This document shows, piece after piece, positions 9,401 to 19,107 of a stretch of DNA of 64,000 nt. The notes under the pieces were generated by a model. The model was not told the origin of the DNA. It saw only the letters and a list, made by a program, of their open reading frames with translations, and ran no database searches. How positions within the stretch are numbered: the stretch's first letter is position 1; each line of letters starts with the position of its first letter. Source of the DNA: Spirochaetia bacterium (GTDB taxonomy: Bacteria; Spirochaetota; Spirochaetia; SZUA-6; Bin103); assembly GCA_965198005.1 (NCBI GenBank), contig CBDAOI010000002.1, positions 224,001 through 288,000 of the forward strand. Direction: 5' to 3'. The position numbers were made by a program, and so were the translations under genes.

Positions 9401-9640
9401 GGGGGGGGGACTCCTCACCATTAAGCAAGCCCGCCGCGAGCTGATTTTCAGCAAATCTCGGCGAGCGGCTGTCAGGGGAACAGAGTGTCATAAGCGTTGA
9501 CGTGTTATAGGTCACTCAAGCCCTCCGCAGGTGAGGCACAGCTATACCCAGACCCAGAGTAGTCGCGATGTCGCGATTGACTGCATCCCACCCTATCATA
9601 ACCTCCGCTCCGGTGGACGCCAACCACGAATCGGCCCAGC
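9401..9640 (-). promoter_or_regulatory. Conserved promoter plus structured leader element, copy 1 (upstream of cassette 1)
   Basis: Nearly identical to 24476-24715; TTGGCG-N17-TATGAT (9623-9595); internal hairpins; G9 tract at the edge. Confidence 0.7.
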
Positions 9641-9909
9641 AATTCTCGGTGAACGGCAGTCGATGGCCTGAAGAGACAGTCTGGAGGGGGCCCCACCATT
9701 TGCCAACCCCCGCCGCGAAAGGATTTCCGGGGAGGGGGGGTAGGCGAGGATAGGACGCGCTGGTTGCGTTGCCCCTAACCGGTGGCAGCGCTGAGTAGTG
9801 TTTTCAGCCATCTTTTGCATCCGTTCAAACCTGAGACTTTCAGTATGCCACCCCTGCGGCAACGAATCAACAGGAAAAACTGGCGAATTGAAGGTTTCTT
9901 GAGATTTCT

Positions 9910-10490
9910 TTCGGGCAGCCGCGGCAGCCGAGAGCCCCTCGCGGCGCCGACTCGGGCGCATCGCCCCTCCGGAGCCGTCATTCGCCGGCGATGTGGCCGT
10001 CCGCAGGCCGTTCACCGTCCACGTCGGCCTCACAGCGGCCCGCTGAGGGCCTTCCAGCCCCTCGGGGGTAGCCTGGGGGTACCCCCTGCAACACCCGTCA
10101 ACGCCGCTTCCCGGCACCGCTGGCTCCGTATTGACCGCGCCGCCACCGCCCGCAGCCCAGCCTGGTCGGGTCGCAGCCACCTCCAGGACCAGCTACTAGC
10201 GACGGCAGACCTCCTCGAGCGTCAAGCCGCCGCTCCGTCAGTCGCCGCGCGCGGGGGGAATGGGCCGTTGCTGCGGCCGTCGCGGCGCTCCGGAGGTGCA
10301 ACCGCGAGCCGCTCGTCGGTTGAGTTCGAGGCTGCTCGGACAGGAGCGGCAGCACGAGCGCCGCCGCGGCGACGATCTCGGCACTCGGACCCGTTCAGGG
10401 CCGGCATTCACCGCCGATTGGCCGGCAGCGGGCCGCTCGGCGTCCGAGTCGGCCTCATAGCGGCCCCCTGACGGCCTTCCAAACCCAGGG
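9910..10490. repeat. Diverged ~150 bp direct repeat (about 9910-10062 and 10336-10490), possibly IS-end relics
   Basis: For example GTCGGCCTCACAGCGGCCCGCTGAGGGCCTTCCA versus GTCGGCCTCATAGCGGCCCCCTGACGGCCTTCCA. Confidence 0.6.
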
Positions 10491-10492
10491 AG

Positions 10493-10522
10493 GGCGCGGT
10501 AGGAACGCCGGTTACCCGGCAC
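10493..10522 (-). mobile_element. Group II intron domain VI / 3' end relic
   Basis: Minus strand reads GCCGGGTAACCGGCGTTCCTACCGCG, resembling group II intron 3' termini; same strand as the RT fragment at 12363-12425. Confidence 0.5.
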
Positions 10523-10984
10523 GATTCATCCGCTTCCGAATTGGCTTCCGCCCCAGCCCGAAGCGTCCTTTCCTGTCCTTCGCGCAGGCGTGGCGCAGGG
10601 CGGGTGGCGTGATGGCCTTGCCCGCGATCGAAGGTACTGCGCGTGCCGCGGCCTTGGCGTGCAAGGCGAGTCTCTTGGCGAAGCCGCGTCGCGTCAGGCC
10701 GGTTCCGAAGGCGTTCAGGAACAGATGCCGGTCGGGGCTGTCCGGCCGGACACCGAGCCAGGTGCGCAGCGCGCCGCGGGTTTCCTTCCACAGCGGCAGG
10801 ACGCGCCCGCGGCGGCCCTTGCCCAGGATCCGGATGCGGTCGAGTCCCGGTGCCTGGAGGTCGTCCAGGGCCAGGCCGACCAGTTCCGAGATGCGCAGGC
10901 CGGCATTGTAGGCCAGGCACAACATGGCGCGATCCCGCAGGCCGGTGACCGTGTGGGTGGCGGCGGCCCTGCGAGCTCAGTCAT
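10512..10984 (-). pseudogene. Tyrosine recombinase, RitC-like, internally deleted
   Basis: MTELA start, then a jump to GLRDRAMLCLAYNAGLRISELVGL...GKGRRGR...LRHACA; C-terminus missing. Confidence 0.8.
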
Positions 10985-11545
10985 CGTGCCCCCTCCCCGC
11001 ATGCAGTCTTTCGGTGGCTGCGGACACTTGATTCGGCACGACCGGGGTTGCCTCGAGGTACCAGTAGGTATCAGTGGCGTTGGCATGGCCGAGAGCCGCA
11101 GGCCCGTGGCTTCCGCGCGGCGCAGGCCGGTCGCCGCGACCAGCCCGATCAGGTAATGGAAGGTCACGGGGGTGATGGAGCCGGCGGGAGGCAGATCCAG
11201 CGCCGCATCCATGACTTGGCAGATCTGCTCCAGCGACAGGAGCCGCGGCGGCGGGCGGTGATACCTCTGGCGACCGAGTGCATCGCGGTGGGGCACCTCG
11301 TGGCGCTCGTCCTCGGCATGCAAGTAGGCTGCCAGCCCGCAGACGAGGTGCAGCCGCTGTTGTTTTTTATGCGGTGACGCAGACTGCGACGCCCAGTCGA
11401 GACAAGTCTCGACGCGCACGCTTCGCTCGCCCCGCGCTTCGGCGTGCCGGGCGAAGCTGGCCAGCAGCCGCTCCTGTTCCCGGAAGGCCAGGCCGGTGGC
11501 GCGCTTGAACGCGGCATAGGTCAGAACGTGGTCGGCCAGCGTCAT
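10980..11545 (-). pseudogene. Tyrosine recombinase, RitB-like, internally deleted
   Basis: MTLADHVLTYAAFKRATG...LVAATGLRRAEA, then an out-of-frame jump to GHANATDTYWYLEATP. Confidence 0.8.
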
Positions 11546-12256
11546 CGGGGTTCCCCCGGCCAGGGCTGCGCCACAGCGAGCAGCATCGGAGCATCCACGC
11601 GAGCGTAGAGTGCGGTCGTCTTCACCGACTGGTGGCGCAGGAGGGCGCCGACGGCCTCCGGCGCAGCTCCGCTGCGCAGCAGATGGGTGGCTCTCGAGTG
11701 ACGGAACACGTAGGCGGCCGGGAGGCCCTCGCCGTCGATCCCGGCCCGCTGCATGGCCCGGCGCACGATTGCGCTGACCGCGGAGGCGGACAGGCAGCCG
11801 TGCGGAGCACGGAATCGCGGAAGCACCGTCGGGCAGGCGGTGCGCGGTCGCGCTCGCAGGATGTAGTCCTTGAGGGTGTCCCCGGTCTCCTGCGGCAACG
11901 GCAGCGCTGCGCTGCGGCGCGACTTCCCGCTGACCGCGACCAACGCCTGCTCCCAGTCGATGTCGTCGAGCCTCAAGGCGGCAACTTCTCCGGGGCGCAG
12001 AGCGAGCCGTGCCAGCAGCAGCAGCAGCAGGACGGCCCGATCCCGTAATCCGATGGAAGTGGCGGTGTCGCAGCTCGCGATCAGGGCCTCGATGTCTTCC
12101 TGCTCGACATACCGGGGCAACTGCGAGGCGGTCCGACGCGGGATCGAACGCAATCATGTGGCGGGCTGTGGCTGTCGACCGGTGGAAGAGGCCGGGTGAA
12201 CAGCCCTGATCGTTCAAATGCGCTTCGTAGGCCGGAAGGGTAGGACCATGATTCAT
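11542..12256 (-). pseudogene. Tyrosine recombinase, RitA-like, N-terminal part largely deleted or frameshifted
   Basis: GLRDRAVLLLLLLARLALRPGEV, GKSRR, FRHSRAT and LLRHQSVKTTALYA catalytic motifs, out of frame with the start at 12256. Confidence 0.8.
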
Positions 12257-12362
12257 CTCCTTCGTGGTAAGAAACCACCGGGAGATGACAGCACGTTATG
12301 GGAACCTGCTCAGCCCCTAACCGATTGCCGCGCAACGGCTCATGGCGCCCAGGTTCCCATAT

Positions 12363-12425
12363 TATCAGCCGCAGCACCCGCCGATCTCCAATCCGATGCT
12401 CCAGGAATCTGATCAACCGTCATAT
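12363..12425 (-). pseudogene. Group II intron reverse transcriptase fragment
   Basis: LIRFLEHRIGDRRVLRLI is a characteristic intron-encoded RT segment; it is cut off at the RIT inverted repeat. Confidence 0.7.
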
Positions 12426-12603
12426 GCCAGTTAGCCTGGCGCTCATACCCCAGGGGGCACCCCCCGGAATCCCGCAAAGTGCCCGTCAAAGCCGCCCGCG
12501 CGCTCGTAGCGCCGCATACCGCTCCCGACTCGCCGGATCGTGCTGGATCGCCACCCGCGCCCAGTGATACATCGCGTTGCTCAGCCGCGACGCGGAAACG
12601 ACT

Positions 12604-13360
12604 ATGGCGAATCACTACACGCGACAGATTCCAGATCTGTCGGAGGCTCAGCGGCAAGAACTGCAGCGCTGGGTGAGACGGTCCAAGACTGCTCAAGCGC
12701 TGGTCTTGCGGGCGCGGATCGTGCTGGAGACGGCCGCCGGCAAGAGCGACCTGAAGGTAGCCGGCGAACTGGGCACGACCCGCGGTACCGTCGGCAAGTG
12801 GCGGCGGCGTTTTCTGCGCGCCGGCTGCGATGGCTTACTGGACGAGCCGCGACCGGGAGCGCCGCGCACGATTGGGGACGACGATGTGGAGCGGGTGGTG
12901 GTGCAAACCTTGGAGACGATCCCGGCAGGTGCTACGCATTGGAGCACGCGCTCGATGGCCAAGGCGTGTGGGCTGAGCGGTGGAGTTCCGCAGGTTTCTC
13001 GACGACATCGCCAAAGCCGTCCCGGAGGATCTCGACATTCATCTGGTGCTGGACAACTACGGCACTCACAAGACGGCGATGATTCACGATTGGCTGGTTG
13101 GCCAGCCGCGCTTCCACCTGCACTTCACACCCACGAGCGCATCGTGGATCAACCAGGTCGAACGGTGGTTCGCGGCGATCACCGAACGGCAGATCCGGCG
13201 CGGCACGCACCGCAGCACCACGGAGCTGGAACAGGCGATAGAGGAGTACCTGAGGGTCCACAACGAGAACTCAAAGCCGTTCATCTGGACCAAGAGCGCC
13301 GACCATATCCTCGAATCACTCAAGATTTACTGCAAACTGACTTCTGAGACAGGACACTAG
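12604..13360 (+). pseudogene. IS630 family transposase with internal deletion/frameshift at ~12980
   Basis: HTH part (RARIVL...VGKWRRRF...LLDEPRPGAPRTI...HWSTRSMA) and DDE C-part ([11 protein letters not shown]...[17 protein letters not shown]) are in different frames; ends GGACACTAG. Confidence 0.9.
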
Positions 13361-13557
13361 CTTCGATAGACCTCGCGCTTCTGTGCCTTGCTGCCGCCGT
13401 ACCACTTTGCCTCCCAGGAGTGTGGCTTGTGCACGTCCTCGAAGGGATAGACGTCGACGACCGGCGTATAGGCACGCGGGTGCTGCGTGACGGCGGGCGC
13501 CAGCCTGCGCCGAGCCCAGCAACAGCGCCTGGATGATGCTGTCTCTTTGCCTCAGTC

Positions 13558-13597
13558 TTGACAAATTGTCGGTTTAATATGAAATTATTGAATAAGC
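13558..13597 (+). promoter_or_regulatory. Probable promoter of the AAA ATPase gene with palindromic operator
   Basis: TTGACA overlapping the near-palindrome GACAAATTGTC, followed by an AT-rich stretch directly before ATG 13598. Confidence 0.45.
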
Positions 13598-14827
13598 ATG
13601 TGGATAACTCGGATCATGGAGGACCGGCTGCGGCGGTTGGCGGCCGCGTTCCCGGCGCTGATTCTCACCGGCGCGCGACAGACCGGCAAGACCGCGCTCC
13701 TCAAGCGGCTGTTCCCCGATCATCATTACGTCAGCCTGGATTTGCAATTGCTGGCGGAGCAGGCCGAAGAGGCCCCCGCCAGCTTCCTGCAGGATCATCC
13801 AGCTCCGCTGGTGATCGATGAAGTGCAGTATGCACCCGGACTGTTTCGGCACTTGAAGGTGGCCGTCGACGGCGCGCGCTCCCGCAGGGGCCAGTTCATC
13901 CTCACCGGGTCGCAGAAGTTTCCCTTGATGCGCGGGGTGAGCGACAGTCTGGCGGGGCGCTGCGCCGTGGTGGAACTGCCCGGGTTGTGCGTGGACGAGA
14001 TGCGCCATGCGGGCTGGCGCCAGGAGCCGGCTGCCACCGGCGAGATGCTGGTCCGGGGCAGTTTTCCGGAACTGTGGGCGGACCGGACCGTTCCGGCGCG
14101 CGAGTTCTACCATAGCTACGTAAGCACCTATCTGGAACGTGACCTGCGCCAGATCGTGAATGTGGGCAGTCTGCGCGATTTCGAGCGCTTTCTGCGGGCA
14201 TGCGCGGTTCGCGCCGGACAACTCCTCAACAAGTCAGGCATTGCGCGCGACGTCGGCATTTCCCAGACTACCGTGGGTCAGTGGCTGTCGGCCCTCGAGG
14301 CGGGCAACCAGGTGACGCTCCTGGAGCCGTTTTTCGCCAATGTCGGCAAGCGGCTGGTGAAGTCGCCAAAGCTCTACTTCAACGACACCGGACTGCTTTG
14401 TTTCCTGTTGGGCATTGGCGCCGATGATCTGGGCAGGTCGCCCCTCACCGGTCCGATCTGGGAGAACTTCGTGTGCGCCGAATTGCGGACCCGGCTCCAA
14501 CTCACGCGCCCCGATTGGTCGCTGTGGTTTTATCGAGACCAGCAGAACCGTGAGGCCGACTTCCTCATTCAAGGGCCGTATGAGCGGATTCGGCTGCTCG
14601 ACGCCAAGTGGGCAGAGACGGCGCGCAGCGGTGCGTTCGCGGCGCTGGATGCCGTCGCGGCCGTGTTGCGCAACGCATCCGGCATCGTCCACGTGGAGGT
14701 CGGCCTGGTAGGGCGTATGGCGGCGACACGACGGCTGGGCGCCAGCCGCACCGCCGTGTCCGGTTTCCGGGTCGCCGATTTTCTGCCTGCGGCGGGGCTG
14801 CCAACTGCCCGGGCCGCCTGGAAGTAG
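13598..14827 (+). CDS. AAA+ ATP-binding protein (AAA_14 plus DUF4143-like)
   Basis: Walker A TGARQTGKT, IDEVQY, ILTGSQ, KRLVKSPKLYFNDTGL and FYRDQQNREADF. Confidence 0.9.
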   Translation: MWITRIMEDRLRRLAAAFPALILTGARQTGKTALLKRLFPDHHYVSLDLQLLAEQAEEAPASFLQDHPAPLVIDEVQYAPGLFRHLKVAVDGARSRRGQFILTGSQKFPLMRGVSDSLAGRCAVVELPGLCVDEMRHAGWRQEPAATGEMLVRGSFPELWADRTVPAREFYHSYVSTYLERDLRQIVNVGSLRDFERFLRACAVRAGQLLNKSGIARDVGISQTTVGQWLSALEAGNQVTLLEPFFANVGKRLVKSPKLYFNDTGLLCFLLGIGADDLGRSPLTGPIWENFVCAELRTRLQLTRPDWSLWFYRDQQNREADFLIQGPYERIRLLDAKWAETARSGAFAALDAVAAVLRNASGIVHVEVGLVGRMAATRRLGASRTAVSGFRVADFLPAAGLPTARAAWK

Positions 14828-14922
14828 TCGTTCTCCGGCTCGACATCGCCAAGGCGGTGTTCGACATCACGACCACCCGGGCGCCCCTCTACCGCCGTCG
14901 AATCGCGCGAGCCCGGTGCCGC

Positions 14923-15109
14923 TCACTTCTTCGGCGCTCCGTAGCGACCGCTACCGCCGCGCAGCCGCGGGGCGAGCAGGTCCCTCAGTGCGTCGCCGAA
15001 CATGTTGATGCCATACACGACGATCGTCAGGCACACACCCGGCCAGAGCGCCAGGCGCGGCGCGATGCTCATGTACTGGCGTCCCTCGCGGCTGAGCATG
15101 CCGCCCCAG
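14923..15109 (-). pseudogene. DppC-like permease 3' fragment (relic A), truncated by IS1634
   Basis: SWGGMLSREGRQYMSIAPRLALWPGVCLTIVVYGINMFGDALRDLLAPRLRGGSGRY, paralogous to both intact dppC copies. Confidence 0.88.
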
Positions 15110-17190
15110 CTAGCGTAAGTTGAGCACTTTCGAGGACGATGTAGCGAGATTTGCCGGTCGCACAGATGAACGGAGGCCTCTGAGGGCGAGAGATTCCTAT
15201 CGGAGGACGAGTTTTTCGCCATGTAGTGATAAACCGCATGGTAGGCAGTTTTTGGTGCAGAAATATCTTGACCGCTCTCGCCCCCGTTGCTATCTTGTGC
15301 GTGCGTGTTCATCGGTCAGCTCAAAGTCACCCGCAACGGCCGCTCCTACACCTACCACCGCCTCCTGCAGTCGGTACGCACCGATAACGGCCCCCGGCAG
15401 CGACTCATCCTGAGCCTCGGCACCCTCACGCTCCCCAAGTCCGAGTGGCCGCGCTTGGCCGAACGCATCCACGACCTTCTCAATCACCAGGAAGTCATTC
15501 CGTTCGGCGCCTCTGATCTGGACCAGTTGGCCGCGCCCTTCGCCGAACGCATCCGCCACAAACTACAGCGCCAACAGGCGCAGCAGGGCGATCCCGGGCC
15601 GGCCAAGGAAGTCTATCCCAAGCGCAGCAGCAGTGAGCACCTGCGCGAGCTTGGCCCCGAATACGTTGCTCAGGTGTTCTGGGAGCAACTCCACTGCGAT
15701 CGGATGCTGCAGCGCCAGGGCTTTTCGGAACGGCAGTGCCGGCTGGCCGAGATCCAGGTGGTCGGCCGCTTGGTGGCGCCGCGCAGTGAGCGCGGCACCG
15801 TCGGCTGGTTCGCCCGCACGGCGCTCGCTGAGCTGATGCCCGGCAGCATGCACACCGTCAACAAAGACCGGCTGTACCGCATCTCGGACAAGCTCTACGA
15901 GCACCGAGTTGCCATCGAGGCGGAGTTGGCAGCGCGCGAGCGGGGGCTGTTCACGCTGCAAGAAACCATCATCCTGTACGACTTGAGTTCCACTTACTTC
16001 GAAGGCCTCGCGGCCAACAACGAGAAGGCGGCGCGGGGGTACTCGCGGGATCATCGACCGGACTGCAAGCAGGTAGTGGTCGGTCTGGTGCTGGATGGCG
16101 AGGGCTTTCCCAAGGCGCACGAGGTGTTCAAGGGCAACACCAAAGACGAGACCACCATGGCGCAGATGCTCGACAGCCTGGACCGCCGGATCAGTGTTCC
16201 GAGCGGGGGCGGGGCGACGGTGGTAATGAACCGTGGCTTGGCGACGGACGAGAACTTGGCAGTGCTGCGCAAGCGCGGTCAGCACTATATCGTGACCACT
16301 GAACAGAGCCAGCGGCGTGAGCTGTTTCCCGAGATTGACAGTTCCGGATACGTGCCGGTGAAAGTGAACAGGAAGGGGAAAATCGTCGTCTCAGGCCAAC
16401 TGCGGCGGCATCAGGGTGAGCTGTACGTGTTGTGTTACAGTGAGGCGCGGGCGGCCAAGGATCGTGCGATACGGGAACGGTTCGCACACCTGTTCGAACA
16501 GGATGCCAAGAAACTGAGAGCGCGGGTGGCGGCCGGCAGGTTGAAGAAACCGGAGAAGATCGACCAGGCGATCGGGCGCCTGCTGGGGCGCTATCCGCGC
16601 CTGGCGCGCTACTACACGGTGCAACTGCACACGGCTGAGGGCCAAGCGGAAGTCCGCTGGGGCCGGAAGGAGGAAGCGCAGGTGGTAGCCGAGGAACTCG
16701 ATGGGACCTACCTGCTGCGCACCGATCGCACTGACTTGGCGGAAGCCGAGGTCTGGAAGCTGTACGTACTGCTGGCGCGCATCGAACGGTCGTTTCGCTA
16801 CCTGAAGAGCACCTTGGGGCTGCGCCCGGTGTTCCATCAGCGTAGCGCACGGGTGGACGCGCACATTTTCATCTCGTTGCTGGCCTACCACCTGCTGCAT
16901 GCCATCGAACGGCGTCTGCAGGAGAGTGGCGACCACCGCTCGTGGCCGACGATCCGGGACCTGCTGACGACCCATCAGATGGTGACCATCGTCCACCAGT
17001 GCACCGATGGCACGGTGTTTCGATTGCGGTGTCCGTCGCAGCCGGAGTTGGCGGCGCGCGAGATCTACCGGGCGCTACGGATACCGGCGACCCCGCCGAC
17101 CCGAGGGAGGAGTCGATTGTAGTGACAAACAAAAATCGTAAATTACGGTACAGCAACAACTTGCGTCTGAGAATGCTCAACTTACGCTAG
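15110..17190 (+). mobile_element. IS1634 family insertion sequence
   Basis: Perfect 17-bp terminal inverted repeats CTAGCGTAAGTTGAGCA (15110-15126) / TGCTCAACTTACGCTAG (17174-17190) flanking the transposase. Confidence 0.9.
15305..17122 (+). CDS. IS1634 family transposase
   Basis: YDLSSTYFEG, GYSRDHRPDCKQVVVGLV and IERSFRYLKSTLGLRPVFH motifs; the second catalytic Asp position reads N (VVMNRG). Confidence 0.9.
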   Translation: MFIGQLKVTRNGRSYTYHRLLQSVRTDNGPRQRLILSLGTLTLPKSEWPRLAERIHDLLNHQEVIPFGASDLDQLAAPFAERIRHKLQRQQAQQGDPGPAKEVYPKRSSSEHLRELGPEYVAQVFWEQLHCDRMLQRQGFSERQCRLAEIQVVGRLVAPRSERGTVGWFARTALAELMPGSMHTVNKDRLYRISDKLYEHRVAIEAELAARERGLFTLQETIILYDLSSTYFEGLAANNEKAARGYSRDHRPDCKQVVVGLVLDGEGFPKAHEVFKGNTKDETTMAQMLDSLDRRISVPSGGGATVVMNRGLATDENLAVLRKRGQHYIVTTEQSQRRELFPEIDSSGYVPVKVNRKGKIVVSGQLRRHQGELYVLCYSEARAAKDRAIRERFAHLFEQDAKKLRARVAAGRLKKPEKIDQAIGRLLGRYPRLARYYTVQLHTAEGQAEVRWGRKEEAQVVAEELDGTYLLRTDRTDLAEAEVWKLYVLLARIERSFRYLKSTLGLRPVFHQRSARVDAHIFISLLAYHLLHAIERRLQESGDHRSWPTIRDLLTTHQMVTIVHQCTDGTVFRLRCPSQPELAAREIYRALRIPATPPTRGRSRL

Positions 17191-17344
17191 GCGCGTGTCG
17201 GCTTCGCCGACGAGGTCCGAGCGGATCGGCGGAATGGGCCAAAAGCGGCGCCTCGGGCGTCGGTTTTGGGGCGCTAACCGCTTAATGAACCCTGAGCGGT
17301 CAGGTGGTGTGGTAAGGAGCGCGCGCGGGGGGTAGGATGAGCCG

Positions 17345-18499
17345 ATGGCACGTAAGCGGCGGCTGCCCCTCGGCATCCGGACCTTTCGCGAGATCCGGGA
17401 AGAGGACTACTACTACGTGGACAAGACCGCCTATATCTGGCGGCTGCACGAAGCGGGTAAGCACTACTTCCTGTCACGGCCGCGGCGGTTCGGCAAGAGC
17501 CTGCTGGTAGACACCCTGAAGGAGCTGTTCGCGGGCAGCGAGGAGTTGTTTCAGGGGCTGTACATCCATGACCGCTGGGAGTGGTCGGTGCGCCATCCGG
17601 TGGTGCGGCTGGACTTCGCCGGTGGCAGCTTTGCAGAGCCCGGCGCGCTACACCAGGAGGTCATGGCGCTGTTGGACGGCATCGAGCGGGAGCTGGGCGT
17701 GACCGGCCGCTACGACACCGCGCCGGCGCGCTTCCGTCACCTGCTGGCCGCCCTGCACCGGGAGAGTGGGCAGCGGGTGGCGGTGCTGGTGGACGAGTAC
17801 GACAAGCCGATCCTGGACGTGCTGGAGGAGCCGGAAGTGGCGCGCGCCAACCGCGGCTTCCTGCGCGGCCTGTACGGGGTGATCAAGTCCAGCGACGCGC
17901 ACGTGCGGTTCACCTTCGTGACCGGGGTGAGCAAGTTTCCCAAGGTGAGCTTGTTCTCGGACCTGAACAACCTCACCGACATCACCCTCGATGCGCCCTT
18001 TTCGTCGATTTGCGGGTACACGGACGAGGACCTGGATACGGTGTTCGCGGTTGAGTTGCCCGGTCTGGATCGCGAACAGATTCGCCACTGGTACAACGGC
18101 TATAGCTGGCTGGGCACGGAGAAGATGTACAACCCGTACGACGTGCTGCAGCTGTTTCGCAGCCGCAAGTTCGCCGCGTACTGGTTCGAGACCGGCACCC
18201 CGCGCTTCCTGGTGGAGACCCTGTACCGGCGCCGGGTCAGCTCGGTGACCCTGGGCGAGATGGTGAGCACCGCCGAGCTGCTGGGGGCGTTCGACGTCGG
18301 CGGCCGCACCGCCGCAGAGCACATCGGCACCGAGGCGCTGCTGTTCCAGACCGGCTACCTGACCATCGAGGGCGAGGAGGACCTGGGCGGCAACGTCCTG
18401 TATCGGCTGGGCTACCCCAACCGCGAGGTGCGCCAGAGCCTGAACAACCAGCTCCTGGGCCAGTTGGTGCAGGACACCACCGGCCAGACCATCGGGTAG
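17345..18499 (+). pseudogene. AAA-ATPase-like protein (family normally ending in a PD-(D/E)XK nuclease domain), C-terminally truncated
   Basis: LPLGIRTF, YYVDKT, SRPRRFGKSL, VDEYDKP and LGYPNREV; the frame ends a few codons into antisense dppB sequence. Confidence 0.8.
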
Positions 18500-19012
18500 T
18501 CTCTGTTATTGAGGGCAATCAGCAAGAGACGACCGAGCCCCGGCAGGTTGAATATGTTCTCCATGATCACGGCACCGCCGACCAGAATCGGCAACTGCAG
18601 GCCGACCAGGGACACCACCGGGATGAGGGCATTCTTGAGGGCGTGTCGGATCACCACGGCCCGTTCCTTGAGGCCCTCGGCGGCGTCCAGCCCCACCAGA
18701 TGGCCGGGTAGATCATGACCATGATGCCGAGCCAGAAGTTTGGCGTGGCCAGGCCGATGACGGCGACCGAGCGCCCCAGGTAGTCGGCGGCGCTATCCTG
18801 GCGAATCGCCGAGTAGACGCCGACCGGCAGCGCGATCACCAGCCCGATGACGATTGCCATGACGCCGAGCTGGATGGTTACCGGCAGTCTACCCAGTATC
18901 TGCTCCTCCACCGCCCCACGGCCAAGCAGTGATTGGCCGTGGCTGCCGTGCAGGAAAATGTCTCCCAACCAGCGTCCATACTGCACCCAGACCGGCACGT
19001 CCAATCCGAGCC
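18486..19012 (-). pseudogene. DppB-like permease relic B, internally deleted
   Basis: LGLDVPVWVQYGRW...ATPNFWLG...WWGWTPP joined out of frame to GLKERAVVIRHALKNA...RDYPMV. Confidence 0.88.
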
Positions 19013-19107
19013 GACGCCCGAACGGTCGCACCACGGCGATGTCCGGTTCCGACTCGTCCGTGAAGCATCGGCGACCGCGCGCAGTTATCGGTAGTACGGC
19101 AACGCCG

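Larger units (their letters stand above)
10512..12361 (-). mobile_element. Degraded RIT-like element (three tandem tyrosine recombinases)
   Basis: Three overlapping integrase genes with ATGA-type junctions; end marked by a 12-bp inverted repeat TATGGGAACCTG (12297-12308) / CAGGTTCCCATA (12350-12361). Confidence 0.8.

Noticed and set aside
9500-9590. Small peptide (MQSIA...) encoded in the conserved leader element
   Set aside because: An indel between the two copies changes frame and stop position, so the peptide is not conserved.
9401-9640. Assignment of the element to lysine, cobalamin or T-box riboswitches, omega-RNA, dif/attC, or a sigma54 promoter
   Set aside because: Diagnostic motifs or spacings were not found by eye; left unassigned pending an Rfam search.
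10493-12425. Diversity-generating retroelement or retron suggested by the RT fragment plus repeats
   Set aside because: Only ~20 codons of an intron-type RT remain, and the repeat pairs do not show adenine-specific mismatches.
12445-12465. IPQGAP on the + strand resembling the RT PQG motif
   Set aside because: Opposite strand to the RT fragment and too short; likely chance.
14826-14880. VVLRLDIAKAVFDI resembling an IS110 transposase start
   Set aside because: Fewer than 20 codons with no further support.
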